From NCBI GenBank assembly GCA_947038565.1, contig CAMQWP010000003.1:85183-149182 (forward strand): a stretch of 64,000 nucleotides of DNA, written 5' to 3'. This document shows positions 9,996 through 21,242 of this stretch, piece by piece. Position 1 is the stretch's first letter; the number at the start of each line of letters is the position of its first letter. The translations under genes were made by a program, and so were the position numbers. The notes beneath the pieces were generated by a model. It did no database searches, was not told the DNA's origin, and worked only from the letters and a program-made list of their open reading frames with translations. This stretch comes from an uncultured Clostridia bacterium (lineage in GTDB: Bacteria; Bacillota; Clostridia; Christensenellales; UBA3700).

Positions 9996-10992
9996 AGAAA
10001 CCTCTCAGTCTAGCCTTGATATCACTTTCACTAGCTTTATTTTTAATAGCTGTAAGTATCATCCTGACCATCTTAAGCTCGATCTTTTTCGCGATATAAA
10101 ATCCTGCGATAGGAGCGACACTAAAGATATCAGCTTTATCTACTTTAAATATCTCCATAAGGTAGTTATCCCACTCAGCTTCATAGCTGATAAGAGCCTT
10201 TCCCGCTACAGAATCTGACACTGCAAGCTCTACGAGTTTCGCATAATCAGTATATTTAAGTTTCTCACCAATTGCCTCAAAGCTATCATCAATAAGCCTT
10301 GAAAGCACATAGTCATTGATATCTCCACCAGGCATAAAGTTCTCTAGGAAGAATTTTTCATCAGCCTCGATACGCTTACACCTAAATAATGTTGAAATAT
10401 TAGTTATGTCTATATGGCTAGTCCAATACTTAGTAAGGCTCTTCACCTTAGCTTTTTTAACCTTTGTCATAATAGCAGTGAACTGTGCTTTGTCTAACTC
10501 TATATCGATCATTCTAGGAGTAATCTCACCGCTAGCAGTAGCAGTAGCTATCACAGCTAAAGCACTTGCCATTGGATTAGGTAGCATAGAAGTATCTCCA
10601 GTAGAGACAGCCTCTTGCAATACGTCATGAGAAATAGTCCCGACTGGTGCAAGTAGAATTGATGCGTCTTTCATACCAATAGCTTTAGCCTTAACAAAAG
10701 CCTTTGCATTGTGGTAATCAAGAGGCATAAGCAAAGTATCAAGCCCACTATCATCAGGCATTGCCTCACGCATGAACTTAGCTACACGCTCTTCTTCAGC
10801 ATGTAAAACTTCAGCAAAAGCATAAGGGTTATCCACCATCACGCCACCGCCGTAGTTGCTTTCGTATAAAATTTTCACTGCTTCTGCAAGGCTATCAGCG
10901 TAAGTCATTCTCGTGATCTTCTCCGCTGACAAAAGAGTATTCTCCATCGCCTTAACTCTAGCATTAGAATATATTAAACTCTGACCTGCCAT
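9988..10992 (-). CDS. ntpC: V-type ATP synthase subunit C (eukaryotic d-like)
   Basis: 334 aa. Size and position between E and F; overlaps neighbours on both sides. Confidence 0.75.
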   Translation of the reverse strand: MAGQSLIYSNARVKAMENTLLSAEKITRMTYADSLAEAVKILYESNYGGGVMVDNPYAFAEVLHAEEERVAKFMREAMPDDSGLDTLLMPLDYHNAKAFVKAKAIGMKDASILLAPVGTISHDVLQEAVSTGDTSMLPNPMASALAVIATATASGEITPRMIDIELDKAQFTAIMTKVKKAKVKSLTKYWTSHIDITNISTLFRCKRIEADEKFFLENFMPGGDINDYVLSRLIDDSFEAIGEKLKYTDYAKLVELAVSDSVAGKALISYEAEWDNYLMEIFKVDKADIFSVAPIAGFYIAKKIELKMVRMILTAIKNKASESDIKARLRGFYA

Positions 10993-11579
10993 TACTGCTC
11001 CTTAAAAATCTTACTCGCAAGCTCTGTTTCGCTATCATTACGGATAGCATTAAGCTCGACTTCGAAAGTCAAGTTAGTATCATAGCTGTCACCAGCCAAG
11101 ATGATACCGCCCTTAAACTCGCCAAACTGCTTAGCGATAGTAAGTTTTATATCCATAGCTTTCGCTATATCCTCGACAAACTTTTTAGTAATACGTTTGC
11201 TGTCGTCTTCCGCGATAATGATTTTATCACCAGACTTTGCATTTTCCTTTATCATACCTTTGATAATGCTAAGATAAACTTTCTTATCCATATCAAAAGC
11301 AGACGCAAGAGCACTCTCGAAAAGAGTATCCATAGAGGCACGTTTTGCACCCATCAAGACTTTCTTTGCATCAAGATTAGCAACAGAAACTCTACGTCTA
11401 ACCACTTCTTTGAAAGTGGCAGCAGTAGTTGCATTAAACTTATCAAGCATGTCATTGCTATCCATAGTTGCTTTATTGATAATTTCGTCCGCTTGCGTAG
11501 TGCCTTCAGCAATATTTTCAGCTATTTGAGCCTCGCTAACCTCGACGATTTTATTCAAAATACTATCTCTATTATTCAT
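10992..11579 (-). CDS. ntpE: V-type ATP synthase subunit E
   Basis: 195 aa, coiled-coil N-terminus; operon position. Confidence 0.7.
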   Translation of the reverse strand: MNNRDSILNKIVEVSEAQIAENIAEGTTQADEIINKATMDSNDMLDKFNATTAATFKEVVRRRVSVANLDAKKVLMGAKRASMDTLFESALASAFDMDKKVYLSIIKGMIKENAKSGDKIIIAEDDSKRITKKFVEDIAKAMDIKLTIAKQFGEFKGGIILAGDSYDTNLTFEVELNAIRNDSETELASKIFKEQ

Positions 11580-11593
11580 AAATAATTAAGTCC

Positions 11594-12106
<513 letters not shown>

Positions 12107-12374
12107 TTATTATTTAATATATAACACTGATATTATCAGTAATTATTAATTGATGTAGGCGTAAAATAATGCCTACTAGTAAGGTTTTTGCTAATGCCAT
12201 AACGGTCAATACTGACCTTATAGCTATAATACTGCAAAACGCAGAAATTATTTATTTTTCATATAACGATGTCTATTACTACCGAATATAAAGCAATAAT
12301 CATATTACATGTCTTTTAGATAACGCACTAAAATCGACTATTATTATCTAACTTTTTACTTAAAGATATATCTC

Positions 12375-14480
12375 CTAAGCAAAAGGTACAATAGCTATCT
12401 CGTCGGCACTAGTATCATTTTTGTCTTTTTTACCTTTTTTACCTTTCTTTTCTTTAGGCACGTCAATAAGATTTGGTGCTGACTCTAGAGTAAAGTTGTA
12501 ATTAGTCATAGTACTGCCTAGAGGAGCAAAAAGATAACCGCCACCCTCATAGAACTTACCGAAGAACTCAACGAATTGAAGTCTTGAGTTATGAACGTAA
12601 GCACCAAGAGTATTTATACCGATATTGAAAGTATGACCTACTATTAATATAAGCGGAGTCATGATAACGCCGATTACAATATTAATATCAAGCATAACCA
12701 TACCGATCTGGTTGAATACAAGAGCGATAACGCCTGTTGCTAGACCTAGACCGAAAAGTCTTGTGTAGCTTAGAAGATCACTGAAGAAGTTTACTAGTGA
12801 GTAAAGGTTACCAAACGCACCACCTACTTTCTTAATTCCTCTCTTGTGCAACGCACCTGCTGCCATAAGACCTAAAAGTCCCGCCGCAAGAAGAGCAATA
12901 CCAGTGTATTTAATGCCTGCAATACTTCCGCCTAAAGCGAACATTGCTAAGCCTATAACTAACGCGTACCAACTAAAACAACCAAAAATGGCGTCTAGCG
13001 GTTTGTGCTGTTTGAACAGTGCATAAGCATTTACTGCGATACCTGTCATCATCTGCATGATACCAAGACCTAAAGACAATGCAAGCATCTTTATAGGGTC
13101 ATTTACTGGACTGAACCAATAAGGAATACCCGCAGCCTCGATAATAGCTGTATCAATACCGAAGTAACCGCCGAATGCTATACCCCAACACATTGTAGAA
13201 ATACCACCAGCGACAAGGATTTTAACTAGGCTCATCTCATTCTTACGAGGTTTCTTGATAGCAAGAACGATAAGAGAACCAAGAGTCATGATGACGCCGT
13301 ATCCAAAGTCGGAAATCATTACACCGAAGAACAGTATAAAGAAGAATGCGACAAAAGGATTAGGATTTATCTCCGCATAGCTCGGCACGTTAAACATATT
13401 AGTTACGTCCTGATAAGGAGTAACGATACTATTATTAAGACAAAGCGTAGGAGGACACTCACCCTCTTCGATATCTCTAAGAATATACGCAAGAGTTAAA
13501 GGCGACTGCTCTAGCTTATTATCAACAGCCTCAGCACTTACTGTAGGCACCCAAGCCTCAAATAAGAATGTTGATTTGATTTGTTTCATATTCCTCATAG
13601 CATTTACTTTTTGAAGCTCTACACTGTAGAAATCCCTAAGCATTGCTATATTACTTAAAAAGTCAACAGTCATGAACTGATCACATACTGTCTTAGTTAT
13701 CTCCTCACGGCGATAAATAATCTCACGCTGTCTTATCTTAATATCGCTAATAAGATTTGCAGGGACATCACTAGTATCAGCAGCACACACTGCAAACTCT
13801 AACTCAGTTAGTTTAGCAGTAAGCTCTTCCGCCACATCATTTAAGCAAATAAGTCCGATAGCTATATCGCCACGTTCTCCGACCTCTTCTATCACAACGC
13901 TCGGGAAAGCGTCGACTAACATCTGAAGTAGTGCTTTCTTGCCCTGCGGAATAGTTCCTAGCATGACAGTCGCGAACTTAGTACTGTGAAACTCTGATAA
14001 CTTCATGTTGATATTAGAATATATCAATAATTGCTCAAGTCTATTTGCTAGCTTAGACGACTCAGCTTTCAGCTTGATAATCTCGCTATTGTACTCTTCT
14101 AGCGTCGCAAGACCCGCAAACACTGAATGCTCCCAAGACCTAGCGTCAGAGAATTTCTCGAATTCTACTTCTGGCTTAGGGCCTAGTTTTGCCTTCTCAG
14201 GACTGCAATCAAGTTTTTCTTCTTTGTTTTTGCCTTTAGTTTTGTTAAGAGTCTTTAAGAATGTTTTCTCATCTCTTATAAACCTATCAGCAAACTCTAT
14301 CTTAGCTAATTTAAGTGTAGCCTCGTCATACTCTCGCTCAGTATCTACCGCCTCGCCTACTATCTCTTCGTTTGCCTGAGTTACCTCAACGCAACCTAAC
14401 TTAGTAAGCAATTTCAGTAAAGACTTTTGCTCAGAGACTGATCCTACACCTATTAACTTTTTCATAGTTGCATTAGGCAT
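12375..14480 (-). CDS. ntpI: V-type ATP synthase subunit I (a-subunit)
   Basis: 701 aa. Soluble N-terminal half plus a polytopic C-terminal half; operon position. It carries a Lys-rich C-terminal tail. Confidence 0.85.
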   Translation of the reverse strand: MPNATMKKLIGVGSVSEQKSLLKLLTKLGCVEVTQANEEIVGEAVDTEREYDEATLKLAKIEFADRFIRDEKTFLKTLNKTKGKNKEEKLDCSPEKAKLGPKPEVEFEKFSDARSWEHSVFAGLATLEEYNSEIIKLKAESSKLANRLEQLLIYSNINMKLSEFHSTKFATVMLGTIPQGKKALLQMLVDAFPSVVIEEVGERGDIAIGLICLNDVAEELTAKLTELEFAVCAADTSDVPANLISDIKIRQREIIYRREEITKTVCDQFMTVDFLSNIAMLRDFYSVELQKVNAMRNMKQIKSTFLFEAWVPTVSAEAVDNKLEQSPLTLAYILRDIEEGECPPTLCLNNSIVTPYQDVTNMFNVPSYAEINPNPFVAFFFILFFGVMISDFGYGVIMTLGSLIVLAIKKPRKNEMSLVKILVAGGISTMCWGIAFGGYFGIDTAIIEAAGIPYWFSPVNDPIKMLALSLGLGIMQMMTGIAVNAYALFKQHKPLDAIFGCFSWYALVIGLAMFALGGSIAGIKYTGIALLAAGLLGLMAAGALHKRGIKKVGGAFGNLYSLVNFFSDLLSYTRLFGLGLATGVIALVFNQIGMVMLDINIVIGVIMTPLILIVGHTFNIGINTLGAYVHNSRLQFVEFFGKFYEGGGYLFAPLGSTMTNYNFTLESAPNLIDVPKEKKGKKGKKDKNDTSADEIAIVPFA

Positions 14481-14793
14481 ACTTTTTCTCTAGCCTCCTG
14501 ATAATGTCTGATATGACATCAGGCGACTGTTTAACAGCCTCCGATGAAATGTAAGCGGCGTCTTTATCCGCATTTTTCATTATCTCATCACAAAGCACTT
14601 TCGCCTCGGCTTCAGCCTTAGCTACATTTGCAGTGTCGATTGACTTTATCTGCTCACGGCAAGCCTTATCAATAACTATAACTTTTGCTTTTGCTACTGA
14701 AACGATATCCTTAGAAGTACCCACGCTCTCACGAACACGACTCTCCCACTCACTTTCAGTCTTAACTATATCTAATAGTAACTCTTCTATCAT
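14473..14793 (-). CDS. small coiled-coil protein, putative V-ATPase peripheral-stalk subunit (G/H-like)
   Basis: 106 aa, Ala/Lys/Glu-rich. First gene of the operon, overlapping ntpI by 8 nt. Confidence 0.45.
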   Translation of the reverse strand: MIEELLLDIVKTESEWESRVRESVGTSKDIVSVAKAKVIVIDKACREQIKSIDTANVAKAEAEAKVLCDEIMKNADKDAAYISSEAVKQSPDVISDIIRRLEKKYA

Positions 14794-14810
14794 CTCTAAT
14801 GCTCCTTATA

Positions 14811-15257
14811 TTAAGATTTACTCTCTATCTCAGTGATCATATTCACACGGTTCAAATGTCTTTCACCGTCACAAGTAGGTGCATCAAGCCAAGCCGACAC
14901 GATATTCACCGAATTTTCTTTAGTGACTATTCTGCCACCTAATGCGATCATGTTAGCGTTGTTATGCTCAGCAGTCATACGAGCAGTGAATTCGTCATGA
15001 ACGATACCACATCTTATCCCTTTGACTTTATTCGCAGCGATACCGATACCGATACCAGTACCACATAAAACGATACCCTTATCACACTCGCCAGCAGAAA
15101 CTAATCTCGCAACCTTTTCGCCATAAATAGGATAATCGACACTTTCGCCATCAAAACAGCCAACGTCAATTATTTCAATACCTCTCTCAGAAAGCAGTTT
15201 CAATATACTGTCTTTAAGAACTATACCACCGTGATCACAACCTATTGCTATTTTCAT
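14811..15257 (-). CDS. rpiB: ribose-5-phosphate isomerase B
   Basis: 148 aa; MKIAIGCDHGG...LCGTGIGI motifs. Confidence 0.9.
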   Translation of the reverse strand: MKIAIGCDHGGIVLKDSILKLLSERGIEIIDVGCFDGESVDYPIYGEKVARLVSAGECDKGIVLCGTGIGIGIAANKVKGIRCGIVHDEFTARMTAEHNNANMIALGGRIVTKENSVNIVSAWLDAPTCDGERHLNRVNMITEIESKS

Positions 15258-15716
15258 ACAAATACCTCTTTCTTATAATTTCATATGGCACATCATACCA
15301 ATTATCGACTACATACATGAGAAATATACTTATAAATTATAATATACTTCACCATATTAATATCCGAAACGCTTATATGTTAAATTTTTAACTTACGTAA
15401 ATACTATATATTATTATATCACTTCTAATGATATTTTTCAAGACTTTTTGCAATGTTTTGATAAATGTTTACGATAATATTAAATAACCTCATTTTTAGC
15501 TCTACAAAATGACATTTTGATTAGTTTTAGTACTGAAAATATTACAATAAATAGTGCTATTGCTTTGATTTAGTCAGTTATTGTCTATTTTAAGTCTAGT
15601 AAAATGGAGTGTTTTAATATATAATAACGAATTTACAACTATTATTGAACATTTATAACTTTTTCCATTTATTTACTTATATTATCTTTTGTCTTATTTG
15701 TTATTTTTTTGTTGCA

Positions 15717-16166
15717 TTATTTTCGTGTTTGAAATAGCTTATTTGCCATTTTGTCTATCATCTCGATTAAAATATCTCTGCATTCTCGATATTGATTAGT
15801 GCTACCGCCGAAAGGGTCAGGCACATCACTCATTCCGACATACTCGCCTAAGGTCATCACGTTTTCACTAGCGTTCATATTATTCTCTAGCCAGCTTACA
15901 TGACTTGACGTCATCGCAAATATATAATCAGCGTCGATCAGTTCTCTTAATGTAATAGACTGCGACAAGTGTGAGCTAGCGTCTATACCTATCTCGGATA
16001 AAACTTGCATACTGTCTATAGATATACCTCCGCTATTGTCACCGCTGATACCGCATGACATCACTTCAATATCTATTATTTCATTTCGAATTAAATAATC
16101 TTTTAGCAAATACTCCGCCATAGGAGATCTGCATGTATTGCCCGTACAGCAAAATACTATCTTCAT
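15717..16166 (-). CDS. low-molecular-weight protein phosphatase (YwlE-like arginine/tyrosine phosphatase)
   Basis: 149 aa with a CTGNTCRSPMAE P-loop. Syntenic with tsaC and rpiB as in the Bacillus ywlC-ywlE-ywlF block. Confidence 0.85.
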   Translation of the reverse strand: MKIVFCCTGNTCRSPMAEYLLKDYLIRNEIIDIEVMSCGISGDNSGGISIDSMQVLSEIGIDASSHLSQSITLRELIDADYIFAMTSSHVSWLENNMNASENVMTLGEYVGMSDVPDPFGGSTNQYRECRDILIEMIDKMANKLFQTRK

Positions 16167-17152
16167 ACTACCTTGCCCCCTGCGGACTTTGTAAGCCTAT
16201 TCATCACGGACGCACACACGCCCTCGAATCCCAAATGTATACACACTATATATCCGTACTCCTTCTCGGCATCTCTCATGATCTTGTATATATTTCTACA
16301 TACTTCCTCATCAGTAGCCCCGATATCTATGTAATTCCTTCCCTGCATAGACCCCACGCTCTCTGAACGCACTAACGCCACTACCTTCAAGCCTCGACCA
16401 CTCATCTCATCGTACTCAGCGATTAGACTATTTACGCTCTCAGCAAGCACCATAGGCACGCTAGTCGCGTAATGTTTATACTTCATGCCCGGAGCAGGTG
16501 CCGATGACAACACTTCGCCCTCATGAGTCTTTACCGTTCCGAGTACTGATAACAGCATTTCAGCGGTAACAGCACCAGGTCTAAGGATAGTAGGTATGTC
16601 TGAAGTCAAGTCAAGCACGGTAGACTCTATGCCTACCTGACATTCGCCGCCGTCTATGATAAGTGGAATTCTGCCGTCCATGTCTTCAAGAACATGCCCT
16701 GCCGTAGTAGGGCTTACTCTAGTACTTGCATTTGCACTCGGTGCCGCGATAGGCACACCACACGCTGATATAAATTGCCTTGCGACTTCACAGCTTGGTA
16801 TCCTGATACCTACAGTACCAAGCCCCGCAGTCACTTCTATAGGCACTAACTCACTTCTAGGGAATAGCAATGTAATAGCACCTGGCATAAACTCCTGAAC
16901 AAGCCTACGATTTATCTCACTGAATTCCTTAACTAGCGGATCAATGTCCTCTACGCGTGATACATGCACGATAAGTGGATTATCAGACGGACGACCTTTA
17001 GCCTTATATATTTTAGCGATCGAGTTAGGGTCAAGTGCATTACCACCTAGCCCGTAAACTGTCTCAGTAGGGAATGCTACTACCTCACCACTCTGAATAA
17101 GCCTTGCACCCTCTTCTATTGCTTTTTCTCCACTTAGAACTTTAGTTACCAT
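16163..17152 (-). CDS. tsaC: L-threonylcarbamoyladenylate synthase (Sua5/YwlC long form)
   Basis: PTETVYGLG and KGRPSDNPLIVH motifs. Start moved to ATG 17152 (MVTKVL), preceded by a GAGGAG RBS. Confidence 0.85.
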   Translation of the reverse strand: MVTKVLSGEKAIEEGARLIQSGEVVAFPTETVYGLGGNALDPNSIAKIYKAKGRPSDNPLIVHVSRVEDIDPLVKEFSEINRRLVQEFMPGAITLLFPRSELVPIEVTAGLGTVGIRIPSCEVARQFISACGVPIAAPSANASTRVSPTTAGHVLEDMDGRIPLIIDGGECQVGIESTVLDLTSDIPTILRPGAVTAEMLLSVLGTVKTHEGEVLSSAPAPGMKYKHYATSVPMVLAESVNSLIAEYDEMSGRGLKVVALVRSESVGSMQGRNYIDIGATDEEVCRNIYKIMRDAEKEYGYIVCIHLGFEGVCASVMNRLTKSAGGKVV

Positions 17153-17464
17153 ATTCACTCCTCGACCATTTATGTAAAATCGATTACTCACGCGGTCAAA
17201 AATTATTTTAATCAATTACTTTATTAAAATACATTATACCACATTTCTCCTCGCGAGGTAAAGTGTTTAGCATAATTTTATTATTAAGAGACTAAGTGAA
17301 GTGTTCGGATTTAACAAAATCTTTTATCATCTTGATGGATAATCACGCCTCATCATCAAAAATCGCTCCTTAAAAAATATTCATAATGCGGTTTACTTTT
17401 TAAATCAATTATGATATATTTTATATAGAAACAATTTTTTAAACTTTCATTATCGGAGGTATGT

Positions 17465-18691
17465 ATGTCTAATTTTGGTCAAATCATGAAAGACTTTTTT
17501 TTATCCGAAGCATTCGAGGGCGTGTGCTGGTGGGTCATAACGACGGTGATACTATGTGTCGCATCTCTTGCCATGCTTATAACCATGACTTACACTCTTA
17601 CCCGACGCGCTAAGATTAATGCTAAGTTTGTGTACGAGCAAATCAACGCTGTACATACAAACAATAGCAAAGACTCAACGTTATACGCCCCTCATGAAAA
17701 TATATCAATCAATACCGACGAAGAGATCGCCGTCACTGATAGTACATTATCTAGCACTGAAAACACTTTCATAGATATAGTAGAAATAAAAGAAGATATA
17801 CCTATCACACCCGATAGAGTAAGATCTCAAAATAAGTCAAGTGTTAGCAAAATACTAAAAGTCGCTAAAACCGATAGAAAATATGGAGAACATGAGCATA
17901 ATTATTTTGCTATAAATTTTAGTGACAAATCATCAAATGACAATGACACTAGTATGATACCTATCTCTAAAATGAAAGCACTCAAGCCGACTAATTCCGA
18001 CAAGTCAAAAACTGCAACTACTACAAAAGTTACATCGGTTACTACTAAATCAAATGTAAAAGCTAAAACTACTACAACATTAAAGCCAATAATTAAAGCA
18101 AATAATACTATCAAACCTATTACAACAGCTAAGCCAGTTGCAAAGATAAGCAAATCATCTAATGCTACTAGTGCAGTAGCAAAGCCTACTACTAAACAAA
18201 TAAATATCGCTAAAACTATAAAGGTACTAGATAAACCTACTACTAAGCCTATAAGCAAAACTAAACCTATAGTTACGGTAGCAAAGCCTACAACTAAAAC
18301 AAAGAGTACACAAAGCACTGACAAGTCAAAAACTGCAACTAAGGCAAAACCTACATCGGTTACTATCAAACCTACTACAACAGCTAAGCCAGTTGCAAAG
18401 ATAAGCAAATCATCTAATACAGCTAGTGCGGTAGCAAAGAATACTACTAAGCCTATAAGTATCGCTAAAACTATAAAGGTACTAGATAAACCTACTACTA
18501 AACCTATAAGTAAAACTAAACCTATAGTTGCGGTAGCAAAGTCTACAACTAAAACAAAGACTACACAAAGCACTGACAAGTCAAAAACTGCAACTAAGGC
18601 AAAACCTACATTGGTTACTATCAAACCTATTACAACAGCTAAGCCTACTACAAAAAATACAACGCCGTCTACCAAGGCTAAGAATAAATAA
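17465..18691 (+). CDS. single-pass membrane protein with a Lys/Thr/Pro/Ala-rich tandem-repeat tail (function unknown)
   Basis: 408 aa with a GGAGG RBS. One N-terminal TM helix is followed by RRAK; the C-terminal ~230 aa are basic low-complexity repeats. Confidence 0.7.
   Translation: MSNFGQIMKDFFLSEAFEGVCWWVITTVILCVASLAMLITMTYTLTRRAKINAKFVYEQINAVHTNNSKDSTLYAPHENISINTDEEIAVTDSTLSSTENTFIDIVEIKEDIPITPDRVRSQNKSSVSKILKVAKTDRKYGEHEHNYFAINFSDKSSNDNDTSMIPISKMKALKPTNSDKSKTATTTKVTSVTTKSNVKAKTTTTLKPIIKANNTIKPITTAKPVAKISKSSNATSAVAKPTTKQINIAKTIKVLDKPTTKPISKTKPIVTVAKPTTKTKSTQSTDKSKTATKAKPTSVTIKPTTTAKPVAKISKSSNTASAVAKNTTKPISIAKTIKVLDKPTTKPISKTKPIVAVAKSTTKTKTTQSTDKSKTATKAKPTLVTIKPITTAKPTTKNTTPSTKAKNK
18122..18650 (+). 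repeat. in-frame 255-bp (85-codon) tandem repeat, 2 full copies plus a partial copy
   Basis: ACAACAGCTAAGCC... restarts at 18122, 18377 and 18632. The two full copies differ by scattered substitutions. Confidence 0.9.
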
Positions 18692-18823
18692 TGATTGAAA
18701 TTAAAAATTAGCGTACAGCTTAAACAAAAGCATGTCAATTAGACGGATACACTAGTGAGATTATATCCCCAATAATTAATACGCAACTTGCAAAATGATT
18801 TTAGTAACGATTCATAAAACAAA

Positions 18824-18866
18824 TAAAAAAATATCCCCGACGATAAACGTTGGGGATATTGTTTTA
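18824..18866. terminator. bidirectional hairpin terminator between convergent genes
   Basis: ATATCCCCGACG / ACGTTGGGGATAT hairpin (18831-18859) is flanked by an A-run on the left and a T-rich stretch on the right. Confidence 0.7.
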
Positions 18867-18902
18867 TATTTAATTATTTATCACCACAAGCAATTACGAC
18901 TA

Positions 18903-19427
18903 TTAAAGTGCGTAACCTACTTCGAATGCGGCAAGGTTAGAAGGGATAAACTTAGGCTTTTTCGCGAATATCTTACCGATAGTCTCTAATGCATTTTCTT
19001 TATTTAGAGTACCGCAGTGCTTTACATAAGTACCGAATATTACAAGATTAGCAGCCTTAGGATTGTGAGCCTCAATTGCTAGTGCATTTGCGTCCACGTA
19101 AATAACATTTACATCATCTCTATCTACCTTTACAGTGATAAGTGAGCTATTAACTATGATTGTACCGCCGCTCTTAACTTTGTCTACAAACTTAGTAAGA
19201 CTAGGCATATTCATAGCGATAAGCGTATCGGGAGCTGATATGATAGGTGATGCGATAGGACTCTTATCCACGCACACGCTACAGTTAGCAGTACCACCAC
19301 GCATTTCTGGGCCGTATGACGGCAACCATGATACTTCCATTCCTTCATACATTGCAGAGTATGCAATAAACTGACCTAAACTAAGTACGCCTTGACCACC
19401 AAAGCCTGCTACAATAATTGCGTCCAT
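18903..19427 (-). CDS. korC: 2-oxoacid:ferredoxin oxidoreductase gamma subunit
   Basis: 174 aa; AGFGGQGV motif; last gene of the 4-gene operon. Confidence 0.8.
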   Translation of the reverse strand: MDAIIVAGFGGQGVLSLGQFIAYSAMYEGMEVSWLPSYGPEMRGGTANCSVCVDKSPIASPIISAPDTLIAMNMPSLTKFVDKVKSGGTIIVNSSLITVKVDRDDVNVIYVDANALAIEAHNPKAANLVIFGTYVKHCGTLNKENALETIGKIFAKKPKFIPSNLAAFEVGYAL

Positions 19428-19428
19428 A

Positions 19429-20175
19429 TTATGCCTCCTCCTTAGTAGTGTCTTTGTATACTCCTAATGGATAAACTTTACACATTACATCTTCAACATA
19501 CTTAAGAGAGTCTTGAGGACTCATTCCCCAGTTAGTAGGACAAGTAGCAAGTATTTCTATCATGCTGAAACCTCTGCCCTCTACTTGGTTCTGGAAAGCC
19601 TTATCAATAGCCTTTTGTGCTTGCTTGATGTGCTTAACGTCATAGCATGCTACTCTCTCTATGTAACAAGGTCCTTGTAACTGAGATAACATCTCGCTTA
19701 CATGTATAGGATAGCCATTAAGAGCTACGTCACGACCTGACTGGCAAGTAGTAGCCTTTTGACCTATCATAGTAGTAGGAGCCATCTGACCGCCTGTCAT
19801 ACCATAAATAGCATTGTTTACAAATATTACAGTGATATTCTCGCCACGTGCAGCAGCATGAACTATCTCCGCCATACCGATACTAGCAAGATCTCCGTCG
19901 CCTTGGTAAGCAAATACGATCGCATCTGGGATAACTCTTTTGATACCTGTTGCTACCGCTGGAGCACGGCCATGAGCCGCCTCTTGCATATCGCAGTTGA
20001 AGTATTCGTAAGCGAACACTGCACAACCTACTGGAGCAACACCTATAACTTTTTTCGCATTAAGTTTATCGATAGCTTTAGCAGTAAGGATATGAGCTAG
20101 ACCGTGAGTACAACCTGGGCAATAATGCGTAGGTTTGTCTGTAAGCATTTTTGGTTTTTCAAAAACTATAGCCAT
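19429..20175 (-). CDS. korB: 2-oxoacid:ferredoxin oxidoreductase beta (TPP-binding) subunit
   Basis: 248 aa; CPGCTHG and GDGD...NN TPP motifs. Confidence 0.85.
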   Translation of the reverse strand: MAIVFEKPKMLTDKPTHYCPGCTHGLAHILTAKAIDKLNAKKVIGVAPVGCAVFAYEYFNCDMQEAAHGRAPAVATGIKRVIPDAIVFAYQGDGDLASIGMAEIVHAAARGENITVIFVNNAIYGMTGGQMAPTTMIGQKATTCQSGRDVALNGYPIHVSEMLSQLQGPCYIERVACYDVKHIKQAQKAIDKAFQNQVEGRGFSMIEILATCPTNWGMSPQDSLKYVEDVMCKVYPLGVYKDTTKEEA

Positions 20176-20177
20176 GA

Positions 20178-21242
20178 TTACTTGCCCTCCTTAGTTATAT
20201 ATTCCGCGATATCCTCGCTTGTCATTACATTACCGCCACATCTGCCGTAGAACTCTACAGGCTTCATGCCGTTCACTGACAGGCGAACATCTTCTACCAT
20301 TTGTCCCATAGAAAGCTCTACTGACACAAATTTCTTTACATTAGGCATTGCTGCAAGTCTAGCAAATCTATCACAAGGGAAAGGGAATAAAGTGATAGGA
20401 CGTAAAAGACCCGCCTTAACTCCGCTAGCTCTAAGCATATCTACAGCACTCTTTGCAATACGCGCAACAGTACCATACGCAGTGATGATCACGTCAGCGT
20501 CGTCACATAGATACTCTTCATATCTACACTCTTTCTCAGCAAGCACATCGTACTTAGCGAAAAGTTTATGATTCATAGCCTCTAGATCATCAGGCTGGAT
20601 ATATAACGAATTAACTACACGTCTATCCGCACCATATCTAGTACCATCAGTAGCCCACTCAGCATTAGGAACATTTGAAAAGTCTTTCATAGGAGGAAGA
20701 GTAACCGCCTCCATTATCTGACCTAGCATACCGTCACCAAGTATCATGATAGGCATGCGATACTCAAATGCCTTATCAAAAGCAGTGTACATGATGTCCA
20801 CACACTCTTGAACGCTATTCGGACCGTAAACTAGCATTTTATAATCGCCATGACCACCGCCCTTTACAGACTGGAAGTAATCGCACTGAGCAGGCTGGAT
20901 ACCACCAAGACCTGGACCAGAACGAACCATATTAACTATAACGCAAGGGATTTCCGCACCAGCAATATAACTGATACCTTCTTGCTTCAAAGAAATGCCG
21001 GGAGAACTACTACTAGTCATAGCACGTGCACCAGCACCGCCAGCACCGTAAACCATATTAATAGCACTTACTTCACTCTCTGATTGAATGAAAACTCCGC
21101 CTACTTCAGGCATGCGAAACGACATATATTCTGGGATCTCATTTTGAGGAGTAATAGGATAGCCAAAGAACGCTCTACAACCACCACGGATTGCCGCCTC
21201 TGCTATAGCCTCATTACCCTTTAATAATTTTTTCTCTTCCAT
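20178..21242 (-). CDS. korA: 2-oxoacid:ferredoxin oxidoreductase alpha subunit
   Basis: 354 aa; N-terminal LLKGNEAIAEAAIRGGCR pattern. Confidence 0.85.
   Translation of the reverse strand: MEEKKLLKGNEAIAEAAIRGGCRAFFGYPITPQNEIPEYMSFRMPEVGGVFIQSESEVSAINMVYGAGGAGARAMTSSSSPGISLKQEGISYIAGAEIPCVIVNMVRSGPGLGGIQPAQCDYFQSVKGGGHGDYKMLVYGPNSVQECVDIMYTAFDKAFEYRMPIMILGDGMLGQIMEAVTLPPMKDFSNVPNAEWATDGTRYGADRRVVNSLYIQPDDLEAMNHKLFAKYDVLAEKECRYEEYLCDDADVIITAYGTVARIAKSAVDMLRASGVKAGLLRPITLFPFPCDRFARLAAMPNVKKFVSVELSMGQMVEDVRLSVNGMKPVEFYGRCGGNVMTSEDIAEYITKEGK

Noticed and set aside
17902-18738. 278-aa minus-strand ORF antisense to the repeat protein gene
   Set aside because: It is a hydrophobic low-complexity mirror of the Lys/Thr/Pro repeat codons with no RBS. 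The sense ORF has a GGAGG RBS, a TM helix and a sensible context.
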